The translations under genes were made by a program, and so were the position numbers. The notes under the pieces were generated by a model. That model saw only the letters and a program-made list of their open reading frames with translations, made no database searches and was not told the DNA's origin. DNA of 64,000 bases from Escherichia coli (GTDB lineage Bacteria > Pseudomonadota > Gammaproteobacteria > Enterobacterales > Enterobacteriaceae). Where the stretch lies: the NCBI RefSeq assembly GCF_003019035.1, contig NZ_CP027447.1; one strand, written 5' to 3'. Positions 46,580-58,054 of the stretch are shown in pieces; position 1 is the first letter of the stretch; every line of letters begins with the position of its first letter.

Positions 46580-47386
46580 TTAACTGCGCGTCGCCGCTTT
46601 CATCGGTTGTACAAAAGCTTTCAGTGCCGCCAGCATTTTCTCTGGCTCATTAATATGTTGCTCGATGATTTTAACGATGGCCGAACCAGAAATCGCGCCC
46701 GCAGCTCCTGCATCAATCGCTGCTTTTACCTGATCCGGGGCGGAAATACCAAATCCCTGCAATGGAGGTGCAGCGTTGTACTCTTTCAGCTTCGCAACCA
46801 GATGATTGAGGGGTAACGCGGCGCGGTTTTCTGCGCCGGTCACGCCCGCACGCGACAATAAATAGGTGTAACCACGACCGTAAGAGGCTATCTGGCGCAG
46901 CAAGTCGTCATCGGCATTCGGCGGGCAGATAAAGATAGGTGCAACATTATGACGCAACGCGGCCTGGCGGAAAGGCGCGGATTCTTCTACTGGCACATCG
47001 GCAACCAGCACCGAATCGACGCCGACTTTCTCGCACTCGGCATAAAACTCATCAATGCCTTTGTTAAACACCAGGTTGGCATACATCAGCAGGCCAATGG
47101 GAATGGTCGGGTGTTTCTGGCGAATGAGTGCCAGCATCTCAAAGCACTGCGCCGGGGTCACACCTGCCGCAAAGGCACGCAGTGTGGCGTTTTGAATCGT
47201 CGGGCCATCCGCCAGTGGGTCGGAGAAGGGGATGCCTAACTCCAGCGCGTCAGCACCGGCTTCAATTAGCGTATCGATAATTCTCAACGACTGCTCAATG
47301 CCCGGATCACCGAGGGTGACGAAAGGAACGAATGCGCCTTCTTTGCGCTCCTTCAACTGGGCAAACAGAGATTCGTAGCGTTCCAT
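46580..47386 (-). CDS. trpA: tryptophan synthase alpha subunit
   Basis: 268-aa [31 protein letters not shown]... Confidence 0.97.
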   Translation of the reverse strand: MERYESLFAQLKERKEGAFVPFVTLGDPGIEQSLRIIDTLIEAGADALELGIPFSDPLADGPTIQNATLRAFAAGVTPAQCFEMLALIRQKHPTIPIGLLMYANLVFNKGIDEFYAECEKVGVDSVLVADVPVEESAPFRQAALRHNVAPIFICPPNADDDLLRQIASYGRGYTYLLSRAGVTGAENRAALPLNHLVAKLKEYNAAPPLQGFGISAPDQVKAAIDAGAAGAISGSAIVKIIEQHINEPEKMLAALKAFVQPMKAATRS

Positions 47387-48579
47387 CAGATTTCCCCTCG
47401 TGCTTTCAAAATATCGTGAACGGTGAAGATGTCTTTATCGCCGCGACCGGAAAGGTTAACCACCAGTAGCTGCTCTTTTTCCGGATTTTCGCGCATCATT
47501 TTCAGCGCATGGGCCAGGGCGTGGGAGGATTCCAGCGCCGGGATGATCCCTTCATGCAGGCAAAGCGTTTTAAAGGCTTCCAGGGCTTCATCGTCGGTAA
47601 TAGACACGTAATCAGCGCGTCCAGTGCTGTTGAGATACGCATGTTGCGGGCCGACGGACGGGAAATCCAGCCCGGCAGAAATGGAGTAAGACTCTTCAAT
47701 TTGCCCGTCTTCGGTTTGCATCATCGGCGCTTTCATACCGAAATAGATGCCCACGCGACCATGTTTTAACGGTGCGCCGTGCTCGCCAGTTTCGATACCG
47801 TGGCCGCCAGGCTCCACACCAATCAGGCCGACGTCGGTTTCGTTGATGAAATCTGCAAACATACCGATGGCATTCGAACCACCGCCAACACAGGCGATAA
47901 CGGCATCCGGCAGGCGACCTTCTCTTTCCAGAATCTGCGCTTTCGTTTCTTCGCCAATCATCCGCTGAAACTCACGCACAATGGTCGGGTAAGGATGCGG
48001 GCCAGCTGCGGTCCCCAGCATATAGTGCGCGGTTTCATAACTGCCGGACCAGTCGCGCAGCGCCTCGTTACAGGCATCTTTCAGCGTCGCGGAACCGCTA
48101 TGCACCGGGATCACTTCTGCACCCATTAAGCGCATACGAAAAACGTTAGGCGACTGGCGCTCGACGTCTTTGGCACCCATATAAATGCGACATTTCAGGC
48201 CGAGCAGGGCGCTGGCAAGGGCCGACGCCACGCCATGCTGACCGGCTCCGGTTTCGGCGATGATTTCCGTTTTACCCATCCGCTTCGCCAGCAACGCCTG
48301 TCCCAGCACCTGGTTGGTTTTATGCGCGCCGCCGTGCAGCAAATCTTCACGCTTGAGATACAGCGTGGTGTTCGTCCCGGCTGTAATGTTCTGGCATTTG
48401 GTCAGTGCGGTTGGACGCCCGGCATAGTTTTTCAGCAGGTCGTTGAACTGGGCCTGAAATTCAGGATCTTTTTGCGCGCTGACAAAAGCTTCTTCCAGCT
48501 GGCGCAGAGCAGGCATCAGGATTTGTGGCACGTACATGCCGCCAAACTCACCAAAATAGGGGTTAAGTAATGTTGTCAT
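47386..48579 (-). CDS. trpB: tryptophan synthase beta subunit
   Basis: 397-aa ORF; PLP-binding region; stop overlaps trpA start. Confidence 0.97.
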
Positions 48580-48590
48580 TGTTCCTTTCC

Positions 48591-49952
48591 TTAATATGCG
48601 CGCAGCGTCTGGAAAACCGAGGCCAAAAGACGTGCGTCTTTGATGCCCGGTTGCGACTCTACAGCAGAATTAAAATCAAGTCCGGCGCAGCCGGTTTGTG
48701 CCGCTTCCACGCAGTTATCTGCGCCTAAGCCCCCCGCCAGCAGAACGTTGCCAAGCGATTGACCATTTAATAGTGACCAGTCGAAACGTTGTCCGCTCCC
48801 GCCCTGACCGTTGTCGAATACATATTTATCGATGTGCTGAAAATCGCGCGCGGGAAGAGTTTCACCGACACTTAAAGCCTTCCAGATGGCGACGTGTGCT
48901 GGCAGAGCCTCACGCAGAGTGTCGATATACAGCTGATCTTCATTACCATGCAGTTGCACTACCGCCAGCGATAACAGCTTAGCTTTGTCCACCACATCGG
49001 CAATATCGTGATTGCGGAACACGCCAACATACTGCAACGGTGCCGCAGCCATCACTTCCTGCGCCTGTTCAACGTTGACGCAACGTGGTGATGTCGCAAC
49101 AAAAATCAACCCACCGTAAATCGCGCCCGCGTCATAAGCTGCTTTAGCATCTTGCCCACGCGTCAGGCCACACACTTTATTCTCACCCAGCAACACCCGG
49201 CGCACGGCGGCGTTCAAATCGTCATGGGCCATCAACGCCGAACCAATCAGAAAACCGTTAGCGAAGTGGCTTAACTCGCGCACCTGGGCGTAAGTATTGA
49301 TGCCGGATTCGCTGATTACCGTCACGTTGTGCCCAAGCTTCGGCGCAAGCTCGCGGGTACGGTTGAGATCAATCGACAAATCACGCAGATCGCGGTTGTT
49401 GATGCCAACGACCTTTGCCCCCAATGCAATGGCGCGCTCCAGTTCCTCTTCATTACTGACTTCGGTCAGCACACCCATCTCCAGACTGTGGGCGACGGCT
49501 GCAAGCTGGCGATATTGTTCGTCATCCAGTACTGAAAGCATTAATAAGCAGGCATCGGCCTGGTAATAGCGCGCCAGATAGATCTGGTAAGGATCGATAA
49601 TGAAGTCTTTACATAAAATCGGCTGCGGGGCGATTTGGCTGACGATGGGGAGGAAATCAAAGCTCCCCTGAAAATATTTCTCATCAGTCAGCACTGAAAT
49701 TGCCGAAGCGTAATGTTTATAAATGGCGGCAATGCGTGCCGGATCGAAATCATCACGGATCACGCCTTTTGACGGCGACGCTTTTTTGCACTCCAGAATA
49801 AACGCCGTGCGTGCACCCTGTAGCGCATCATAAAAATGTCGCGTGCTCGGCTGAATCTCATTCTGAAAACTGGCCAGCGGTTGCTGCTGTTTGCGGGCTT
49901 CTACCCAAATCGCCTTGTCTGCGACGATTTTCGCTAAAACGGTTTGCATCAT
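48591..49952 (-). CDS. trpC: bifunctional indole-3-glycerol phosphate synthase / phosphoribosylanthranilate isomerase
   Basis: 453-aa ORF. Confidence 0.97.
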
Positions 49953-51548
49953 TTACCCTCGTGCCGCCAGTGCGGTGACTCTGTCGTAAGCGGAACCACT
50001 GCGCAGTACCTCAAGAACGGTTTGCGCATTGGCTTGCAGATCTTCATGGCCATGCAGGCGCATTAACATGGCGACATTCGCCGCGACGGCTGCTTCATGG
50101 GCGGCGTCGCCTTTACCTTGTAACAAGCGTGTTAAAATGTCACGGTTTTCTTCCGGTGTTCCGCCTGCCAATTGCTCCTGGTGGTAGGGTGTCAGGCCAA
50201 AATCTTCAGCGGTCAATTGATAGCTCTTAATTTCGCCGTCATGTAGTTCGGCAACGATTGTCGGCGCGTGTAATGAAACTTCATCCATCCCGCCGCTGTG
50301 CACCACTGCCGCGCGTTGATACCCCAGCACGCGCAAGGTTTCGGCAATCGGCAGCACCAGCTCCGGGCTGTAGACACCAATTAACGCCAGCGGAGGATGC
50401 GCCGGGTTAATTAATGGCCCCAGCACATTGAACAGGGTGCGGGTTTTCAGTTGCTGGCGAACCGGCATTGCATGGCGGAATCCGGTGTGATATTTCGGCG
50501 CAAAGAGGAAACAGACGCCTAACTCATCCAGCGCCTGGCGCGATTTATCGGCGTTCATATCAAGATTAATACCGAACGCCGCCAGCAGATCCGACGAGCC
50601 GGATTTACTGGAGACGCTACGGTTGCCGTGTTTCGCCACTTTCAGCCCGCAGGCCGCGGCGACAAACGCACTGGCGGTAGAAATATTGATGCTGTTGCTG
50701 CCGTCACCGCCAGTACCGACGATATCGGCAAACAGATAATCCGGGCGCGGGAATGGCGCGGCGTTTTCCAGTAGCGCGGTTGCTGCCCCGGCGATCTCGT
50801 TCGGGTGTTCACCGCGAATTTTCATGCTCACCAGCGCCGCCGCCAGTTGTTCCGGTTTCAGTTCGCCACGTACCACTGCTGAAAACAGCTGGTGGCTTTC
50901 TTGTTGGCTAAGCGTCTGTGCCTGATACAGTTTTTCCAGAATCGGTTGCAGCGTGTTGGTTGGCTCTAGTTTCTGCTGCGCCCAGGCCAGCGTTTGTTCC
51001 AGCAGGCGAGCGCCCTGGGTAGTAAGAATGGATTCCGGATGGAACTGGAATCCACAAACGCGATCCGCATCATGACGCACCGCCATCACCATGCCATTAA
51101 AATGGGCGTTGATGGTTAAACCGGCCGGAATATTACTGCCAACCAGCGAGTGATAACGCGCCACTGGCAGCGGGGTTGTTAATCCGGCAAACATCGCCTG
51201 ACCGTCATGTTCAATGCTCGACGCTTTACCGTGAAGAATTTCGCCCGCCTGACCGACATAGCCCCCGTAAGCTTCGACAATCGCCTGATGTCCGAGGCAA
51301 ATGCCAATAATTGGCAGCTTGCCACGCAAGCGGGTGAGGAGTTCCGGCATACAACCGGCTTCGCTCGGCACACCGGGGCCAGGAGAAAGCATCAGCACCG
51401 GATTGCTCATCGTCGCCAGGCGTTCAATTAAGGTCTGCGCCGGAATATGGTTGCGGTAAATCACCACGTTATGACCATTGCTGCGCAACTGATCTGCCAG
51501 GTTGTACGTAAAAGAGTCGATATTATCGAGCAGCAGAATGTCAGCCAT
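49953..51548 (-). CDS. trpD: anthranilate synthase component II / anthranilate phosphoribosyltransferase
   Basis: 531-aa ORF with N-terminal glutamine amidotransferase domain. Confidence 0.97.
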   Translation of the reverse strand: MADILLLDNIDSFTYNLADQLRSNGHNVVIYRNHIPAQTLIERLATMSNPVLMLSPGPGVPSEAGCMPELLTRLRGKLPIIGICLGHQAIVEAYGGYVGQAGEILHGKASSIEHDGQAMFAGLTTPLPVARYHSLVGSNIPAGLTINAHFNGMVMAVRHDADRVCGFQFHPESILTTQGARLLEQTLAWAQQKLEPTNTLQPILEKLYQAQTLSQQESHQLFSAVVRGELKPEQLAAALVSMKIRGEHPNEIAGAATALLENAAPFPRPDYLFADIVGTGGDGSNSINISTASAFVAAACGLKVAKHGNRSVSSKSGSSDLLAAFGINLDMNADKSRQALDELGVCFLFAPKYHTGFRHAMPVRQQLKTRTLFNVLGPLINPAHPPLALIGVYSPELVLPIAETLRVLGYQRAAVVHSGGMDEVSLHAPTIVAELHDGEIKSYQLTAEDFGLTPYHQEQLAGGTPEENRDILTRLLQGKGDAAHEAAVAANVAMLMRLHGHEDLQANAQTVLEVLRSGSAYDRVTALAARG

Positions 51549-53110
51549 CAGAAAGTCTCCTGTGCATGATGCGCGGTGGCAATAGCGCGCAGTACAGCGC
51601 GGGCTTTATTACGGGTTTCGTCGGCTTCCGACTGCGGAACAGAATCAAGGACTACGCCAGCACCGGCTTGCACGGTGGCGATACCGTTTTTCACCAGCGC
51701 CGAGCGGATCACAATGCAGGTGTCGAGATCGCCATGCGCGGTGAAATAACCTACCGCGCCGCCGTAGCTGCCGCGGCGACGACCTTCAGCCTCGGCAATT
51801 AACTGCATAGCGCGTACTTTCGGCGCACCGCTTAACGTCCCCATATTCATACAGGCGCGGTAAGCGTGCAGGGCGTCGAGATCGTGGCGCAGCTCACCGA
51901 CCACGCGGGAGACCAGGTGCATCACGTAAGAGTAACGGTCAACTTTGGTAAGATCGGCGACGTAGCGGCTGCCGGGCGTGCAAATGCGTGCCAGATCATT
52001 ACGGGCGAGATCCACCAGCATCAGATGTTCAGAAAGCTCTTTATGATCGGTACGCATTTCCAGTTCGATGCGGCTGTCGAGGTCTCTGTCCAGTGAACCA
52101 TCGGCACGACGACCGCGTGGACGTGTTCCGGCAATCGGGTAAATCTCAATCTGGCGGCTGGTGGCGTCATACTTGAGCGAACTTTCCGGCGACGCGCCAA
52201 ACAGGGTGAAATCATTATCCTGCATAAAAAACATGTACGGGCTGGGATTACTCTTTTTCAGCACGTAATAGGCCGCCAGTGGTGACGGGCAGGGCAGAGA
52301 GAAACGGCGAGATGGCACCACCTGGAAAATTTCTCCGGCGCGAATCGCTTTTTGCAACAAACGCACTACGCCACCGAACTCTTCATCGCTCTGGTTACAT
52401 TCACAACGCATATGCGGCACGGAAACCACCGGCAGCGGTGGCGCGGTTTCGGTCAGTTGCTGGCGAAGTTCGTTCAGGCGAGCAGTGAGACGTTGTTTTT
52501 CTTCTTCATTTGGAGTAAACAGGCTGGCCTGAATGCGGGTGCTTTTCTTCTGATGGTCAATCACCATCAGCGTTTCAGCGAGATAAAAACAGAAATCAGG
52601 GCAGTTATTTTCCGCTGCCAGTTGCGGTAAATCTTCAAACCCCGCCACAAGGTCATAAGAGAACAGGCCGCCAAAGAACATCGCTTCCCGTTCTTCCTTC
52701 GGTACATTCAACAGATTCTGTAATAAGCGGAAAGCGTCAAAAACCGAAAGGGAGCATAAGCGGGCGTCTTCATCCAGCAATGGACTGACAGGGGGGAAGC
52801 GCAGCACGCGGCAGTTTGGTGATTGTTCATTTTCCACACCCGCAGGCAGGGCGTTATCCAGTAATGCCAACAGGGCTTCGCCATTGCCGGAAAGTGCCTG
52901 AATAGTGACAGTGTCACCTAATGCTGTAATGCGCAGCGCACTGTCCACTAGCAATAGACTTTTTAAATCATCTTTGCTGTCGATATCTGCGGATTCCAGC
53001 AGCAGCGTTGCCGGACGATCCCCACACAACTGGTGAAAAAGCGCAGTCGGGTTGTCGCGATAAGCGCCTTTGCAAGTTAGCAGTTCGAGAGTCGGTTTTT
53101 GTGTTTGCAT
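51548..53110 (-). CDS. trpE: anthranilate synthase component I
   Basis: 520-aa [33 protein letters not shown]...; stop overlaps trpD start. Confidence 0.97.
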   Translation of the reverse strand: MQTQKPTLELLTCKGAYRDNPTALFHQLCGDRPATLLLESADIDSKDDLKSLLLVDSALRITALGDTVTIQALSGNGEALLALLDNALPAGVENEQSPNCRVLRFPPVSPLLDEDARLCSLSVFDAFRLLQNLLNVPKEEREAMFFGGLFSYDLVAGFEDLPQLAAENNCPDFCFYLAETLMVIDHQKKSTRIQASLFTPNEEEKQRLTARLNELRQQLTETAPPLPVVSVPHMRCECNQSDEEFGGVVRLLQKAIRAGEIFQVVPSRRFSLPCPSPLAAYYVLKKSNPSPYMFFMQDNDFTLFGASPESSLKYDATSRQIEIYPIAGTRPRGRRADGSLDRDLDSRIELEMRTDHKELSEHLMLVDLARNDLARICTPGSRYVADLTKVDRYSYVMHLVSRVVGELRHDLDALHAYRACMNMGTLSGAPKVRAMQLIAEAEGRRRGSYGGAVGYFTAHGDLDTCIVIRSALVKNGIATVQAGAGVVLDSVPQSEADETRNKARAVLRAIATAHHAQETF

Positions 53111-53131
53111 TGTTATTCTCTAATTTTGTTC

Positions 53132-53159
53132 AAAAAAAAGCCCGCTCATTAGGCGGGCT
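53132..53159 (-). terminator. trp attenuator (3:4 terminator hairpin plus U-run)
   Basis: Minus-strand AGCCCGCCTAATGAGCGGGCTTTTTTTT between trpL and trpE. Confidence 0.9.
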
Positions 53160-53201
53160 GGGTATCTGATTGCTTTACGCATGGTGAATACACTGCCCGT
53201 T

Positions 53202-53246
53202 TCAGGAAGTGCGCCACCAACCTTTCAGTACGAAAATTGCTTTCAT
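53202..53246 (-). CDS. trpL: trp operon leader peptide
   Basis: Minus-strand ATGAAAGCAATTTTCGTACTGAAAGGTTGGTGGCGCACTTCCTGA encodes [14 protein letters not shown] with tandem Trp codons. Confidence 0.95.
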
Positions 53247-53276
53247 TGTCGATACCCTTTTTACGTGAACTTGCGT

Positions 53277-53308
53277 ACTAGTTAACTAGTTCGATGATTA
53301 ATTGTCAA
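53277..53308 (-). promoter_or_regulatory. trp promoter with TrpR operator
   Basis: Minus-strand TTGACAATTAATCATCGAACTAGTTAACTAGTACGCAAGTTCAC: -35 TTGACA at 53303-53308 and palindromic operator ACTAGTTAACTAGT at 53277-53290. Confidence 0.9.
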
Positions 53309-53383
53309 CAGCTCATTTCAGAATATTTGCCAGAACCGTTATGATGTCGGCGCAAAAAACATTATCCAGAACGGGAGTGCGCC

Positions 53384-54265
53384 TTGAGCGACACGAATTA
53401 CGCAGTGATTTACGACCTGCACAGCCATACCACAGCTTCCGATGGCTGCCTGACGCCAGAAGCATTGGTGCGCCGTGCAGTCGAGATGCGCGTCGGCACC
53501 CTGGCGATCACCGACCATGACACCACAGCTGCAATCGCACCAGCAAGAGAGGAAATTTCACGTTCGGGACTGGCGCTGAATCTTATTCCCGGCGTGGAAA
53601 TTTCCACGGTCTGGGAAAATCATGAAATTCATATTGTCGGGCTGAATATTGATATTACTCATCCGCTAATGTGCGAGTTCCTCGCGCAGCAGACAGAACG
53701 GCGCAATCAGCGGGCGCAGCTGATTGCCGAAAGACTTGAAAAAGCGCAAATACCTCGGGCACTGGAAGGCGCGCAACGACTGGCGCAGGGCGGTGCGGTG
53801 ACGCGCGGTCATTTTGCGCGTTTCCTTGTGGAGTGCGGAAAAGCCAGTTCAATGGCGGATGTCTTTAAAAAGTATCTGGCGCGCGGGAAAACCGGATACG
53901 TTCCGCCACAGTGGTGTACAATAGAACAAGCTATTGATGTCATTCATCATTCTGGCGGTAAGGCGGTGCTAGCTCATCCTGGGCGGTACAATCTTAGTGC
54001 TAAATGGCTGAAAAGATTGGTTGCGCATTTTGCCGAACACCACGGCGACGCGATGGAAGTCGCGCAGTGCCAGCAATCGCCCAATGAACGCACCCAGCTG
54101 GCGACACTTGCGCGTCAGCATCATTTATGGGCATCACAAGGATCTGATTTTCATCAGCCATGCCCGTGGATCGAACTGGGTCGTAAACTCTGGCTGCCCG
54201 CAGGCGTTGAAGGCGTCTGGCAGCTATGGGAACAGCCGCAGAACACCACAGAGAGGGAATTATGA
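53384..54265 (+). CDS. yciV: PHP-domain 5'-3' exoribonuclease (RNase AM) YciV/TrpH
   Basis: 293-aa ORF; PHP metal-binding motif YDLHSHTTASDG; TTG start. Confidence 0.9.
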   Translation: MSDTNYAVIYDLHSHTTASDGCLTPEALVRRAVEMRVGTLAITDHDTTAAIAPAREEISRSGLALNLIPGVEISTVWENHEIHIVGLNIDITHPLMCEFLAQQTERRNQRAQLIAERLEKAQIPRALEGAQRLAQGGAVTRGHFARFLVECGKASSMADVFKKYLARGKTGYVPPQWCTIEQAIDVIHHSGGKAVLAHPGRYNLSAKWLKRLVAHFAEHHGDAMEVAQCQQSPNERTQLATLARQHHLWASQGSDFHQPCPWIELGRKLWLPAGVEGVWQLWEQPQNTTEREL

Positions 54266-54882
54266 GCCAGTTTTTTTATATTCATCCTGATAACCCGCAG
54301 CAACGTCTGATCAACCAGGCGGTGGAGATCGTGCGTAAAGGCGGGGTGATTGTTTATCCAACTGATTCCGGCTATGCGCTCGGCTGTAAAATTGAAGATA
54401 AAAACGCGATGGAGCGTATTTGTCGTATTCGCCAGCTGCCGGACGGTCACAACTTTACCCTGATGTGTCGCGATCTTTCTGAACTCTCGACCTATTCATT
54501 TGTCGATAACGTTGCGTTTCGTTTAATGAAAAACAACACGCCGGGCAACTATACCTTCATCCTGAAGGGGACGAAGGAGGTGCCACGCCGTCTGTTGCAG
54601 GAAAAACGCAAAACAATCGGTATGCGTGTGCCGTCTAACCCGATTGCGCAGGCGTTGCTTGAAGCACTGGGCGAACCGATGCTTTCCACTTCGCTAATGC
54701 TGCCAGGCAGCGAATTTACCGAATCCGATCCCGAAGAAATTAAAGACCGTCTGGAAAAACAGGTAGATTTGATTATTCACGGCGGCTATCTCGGGCAGAA
54801 ACCAACAACGGTTATTGATCTTACCGATGATACGCCGGTCGTGGTGCGTGAAGGCGTAGGTGATGTGAAGCCTTTCTTATAA
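54262..54882 (+). CDS. yciO: YrdC/Sua5-family dsRNA-binding protein YciO
   Basis: ORF track 54226..54882 trimmed to ATG 54262 (MSQFFYIHPDNPQQRLINQAVEIVRKGGVIVYPTDSGYALGC...), 206 aa; start overlaps yciV stop. Confidence 0.9.
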   Translation: MSQFFYIHPDNPQQRLINQAVEIVRKGGVIVYPTDSGYALGCKIEDKNAMERICRIRQLPDGHNFTLMCRDLSELSTYSFVDNVAFRLMKNNTPGNYTFILKGTKEVPRRLLQEKRKTIGMRVPSNPIAQALLEALGEPMLSTSLMLPGSEFTESDPEEIKDRLEKQVDLIIHGGYLGQKPTTVIDLTDDTPVVVREGVGDVKPFL

Positions 54883-54909
54883 CAAATTTCGTTCCACGGA
54901 TGGAAGATT

Positions 54910-56799
54910 ATGGCAGGGATATATCGCTGCATTTTGCTGTTGATAGTTGGGCTTTTTTTCTCTTCGTTGAGTTATGCGAAAAACACGGAGATCCCTTCTT
55001 ATGAAGAAGGGATCTCGCTCTTTGATGTTGAAGCCACTCTGCAACCGGATGGGGTGCTCGACATCAAAGAAAATATTCATTTTCAGGCGCGAAATCAGCA
55101 GATTAAGCACGGATTTTATCGTGATTTACCACGACTCTGGATGCAGCCTGATGGGGACGCTGCACTGCTGAACTATCATATTGTTGGCGTCACCCGTGAT
55201 GGTATTCCTGAACCCTGGCATCTTGACTGGCATATCGGGTTAATGAGTATTGTCGTGGGCGATAAACAACGTTTCTTGCCTCAAGGCGACTATCATTATC
55301 AAATTCATTATCAGGTTAAAAATGCTTTCCTGCGTGAAGGGGATTCTGATCTGCTAATCTGGAACGTGACCGGTAACCACTGGCCGTTTGAAATTTATAA
55401 GACCCTATTTTCACTCAAGTTGCCTGATATTGCGGGTAATCCATTTAGCGAAATCGATCTCTTTACTGGAGAAGAGGGCGACACATATCGAAATGGCCGC
55501 ATCCTTGAGGACGGAAGAATTGAATCCCGCGATCCGTTTTATCGTGAAGATTTCACGGTACTCTACCGCTGGCCTCACGCTTTACTTAGCAATGCCCCGG
55601 CTCCACAAACGACGAATATTTTCAGCCATCTTCTTTTACCCTCCACGTCATCGTTGTTAATTTGGTTTCCTTGTCTATTCCTGGTTTGTGGATGGTTATA
55701 TCTCTGGAAGCGCAGGCCGCAATTTACGCCGGTAGATGTGATTGAAACCGATGTCATTCCGCCAGATTACACGCCCGGCATGTTACGTCTCGATGCGAAG
55801 CTGGTTTACGATGATAAAGGTTTTTGTGCCGATATCGTAAATCTGATTGTGAAAGGAAAAATTCATCTGGAAGATCAGTATGATAAGAACCAGCAAATCC
55901 TGATTCGTGTTAATGAAGGCGCGACCAGAAATAATGCGGTATTACTGCCCGCAGAGCAGTTATTACTGGAAGCGTTATTTCGTAAAGGCGATAAGGTCGT
56001 TCTTACGGGGAGACGCAACATAGTCTTACGCAGGGCATTTTTACGGATGCAGAAATTTTATCTGCCGCGTAAAAAGTCTTCGTTTTATCGACCAGATGCG
56101 TTTTTGCAATGGGGTGGACTGGCAATATTGGCGGTCATTCTCTACGGTAACCTGAGTCCCGTAGGTTGGGCAGGAATGAGTCTGGTAGGCGATATGTTTA
56201 TTATGATCTGCTGGATTATTCCTTTTTTATTTTGTTCCCTTGAGCTTTTGTTTGCCCGCGATGATGACAAGCCTTGCGTTAATCGTGTAATCATCACTTT
56301 GTTTTTACCGCTGATTTGTTCAGGCGTGGCCTTTTACTCTCTCTATATCAATGTCGGAGATGTATTCTTTTACTGGTATATGCCAGCGGGTTATTTTAGC
56401 GCTGTTTTCCTGACCGGCTATCTCACTGGCATGGGGTATATTTTTCTGCCAAAGTTTACCCAAACTGGGCAGCAACGTTATGCCCACGGTGAAGCTATCG
56501 TTAACTATCTTGCGCGTAAAGAGGCAGCAACACACAGTGGGCGTCGGCGGAAAGGGGAAACACGGAAACTGGATTACGCGTTGCTAGGTTGGGCAGTCTC
56601 GGCAAACCTTGGCAGAGAATGGGCAGCACGTATCACGCCGTCACTCACAGCGGCTGTTCGCGCCCCGGAAATTGCCCGTAGTGGCGTTTTATTCTCATTA
56701 CAGACGCACCTGAGTTGCGGGGCCTATACCAGTTTGTTGGGGCGGAGCTATTCCGGTGGTGGTTCTGGCGCTGGTGGCGGAGGCGGTAGTGGCTGGTAA
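54910..56799 (+). CDS. yciQ: DUF2207-family membrane protein YciQ
   Basis: 629-aa ORF with signal peptide, several TM helices and Gly-rich C-terminal tail (GGGSGAGGGGGSGW). Confidence 0.85.
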   Translation: MAGIYRCILLLIVGLFFSSLSYAKNTEIPSYEEGISLFDVEATLQPDGVLDIKENIHFQARNQQIKHGFYRDLPRLWMQPDGDAALLNYHIVGVTRDGIPEPWHLDWHIGLMSIVVGDKQRFLPQGDYHYQIHYQVKNAFLREGDSDLLIWNVTGNHWPFEIYKTLFSLKLPDIAGNPFSEIDLFTGEEGDTYRNGRILEDGRIESRDPFYREDFTVLYRWPHALLSNAPAPQTTNIFSHLLLPSTSSLLIWFPCLFLVCGWLYLWKRRPQFTPVDVIETDVIPPDYTPGMLRLDAKLVYDDKGFCADIVNLIVKGKIHLEDQYDKNQQILIRVNEGATRNNAVLLPAEQLLLEALFRKGDKVVLTGRRNIVLRRAFLRMQKFYLPRKKSSFYRPDAFLQWGGLAILAVILYGNLSPVGWAGMSLVGDMFIMICWIIPFLFCSLELLFARDDDKPCVNRVIITLFLPLICSGVAFYSLYINVGDVFFYWYMPAGYFSAVFLTGYLTGMGYIFLPKFTQTGQQRYAHGEAIVNYLARKEAATHSGRRRKGETRKLDYALLGWAVSANLGREWAARITPSLTAAVRAPEIARSGVLFSLQTHLSCGAYTSLLGRSYSGGGSGAGGGGGSGW

Positions 56800-57009
56800 T
56801 CAAGCTGATATTAATCGAAACAAGCTTTAACCATAAAGATAGTGTAGTATGTTGCGCCTCAAAGCCAGGCCGATAAACGTCGAGTCGTTTACTTAAGGCC
56901 TGAAGAGTTCAAACAGACTTTACTATCAGTGAGTCAGATGTAAGTTCTGACTCACTGTTGCACAAAAGCATATCAGACGCCTGGGAAGGCGACACCAAAA
57001 GGAAGCTCT

Positions 57010-57885
57010 ATGAGCGAAAAGCTACAGAAAGTGCTGGCGCGTGCCGGCCACGGCTCTCGCCGTGAAATCGAATCTATTATTGAAGCCGGTCGTGTGAGTG
57101 TTGATGGCAAAATTGCTAAACTCGGCGATCGCGTTGAAGTTACCCCTGGATTGAAAATCCGTATCGATGGTCACCTGATTTCGGTACGTGAGTCCGCTGA
57201 ACAAATTTGTCGCGTTCTGGCCTATTACAAACCGGAAGGTGAGTTGTGTACCCGTAACGATCCGGAAGGACGTCCAACGGTGTTTGACCGTCTGCCAAAA
57301 CTGCGTGGCGCACGCTGGATTGCCGTGGGTCGCCTGGACGTTAATACCTGTGGTCTGCTGCTGTTCACCACCGATGGTGAACTGGCAAACCGTTTAATGC
57401 ACCCAAGCCGTGAAGTTGAACGTGAATATGCCGTGCGTGTATTTGGTCAGGTTGACGACGCGAAACTGCGTGATTTGAGTCGTGGCGTGCAGTTGGAAGA
57501 TGGTCCGGCAGCCTTTAAAACCATCAAGTTCAGCGGCGGCGAAGGGATCAACCAGTGGTACAACGTTACTCTGACCGAAGGCCGTAACCGTGAAGTTCGT
57601 CGTCTTTGGGAAGCGGTTGGTGTGCAGGTGAGCCGCCTGATCCGTGTTCGTTACGGTGATATCCCACTGCCAAAAGGTCTGCCACGCGGTGGCTGGACGG
57701 AGCTGGACCTCGCCCAGACTAACTATCTGCGCGAACTGGTGGAGCTACCGCCAGAAACCAGCTCTAAAGTCGCTGTAGAAAAAGACCGTCGTCGCATGAA
57801 GGCGAATCAGATTCGTCGTGCGGTGAAACGTCACAGTCAGGTGAGCGGCGGTCGTCGTTCTGGCGGACGTAATAATAACGGTTAA
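57010..57885 (+). CDS. rluB: 23S rRNA pseudouridine(2605) synthase RluB
   Basis: 291-aa ORF with S4 domain and RsuA-type catalytic motif; Arg/Gly-rich C-terminus. Confidence 0.93.
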
Positions 57886-57906
57886 TTTAAGTTAAGTATA
57901 AAATAA

Positions 57907-57929
57907 AGGCCCTGCGGGGCCTTTTCTTC
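57907..57929 (+). terminator. rho-independent terminator after rluB
   Basis: Perfect stem AGGCCC/GGGCCT with TGCG loop followed by TTTCTTC. Confidence 0.7.
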
Positions 57930-58054
57930 ATTTGAAGTATGATAAATAGTCGCAGTATTTTAATTTAATTTCATACTTGCTTATGAATATTACCAGGAAA
58001 TAGCCACATTACTATTTAATTATCTGAGATAAACTCAACGTCAAGAGGTGGGTT

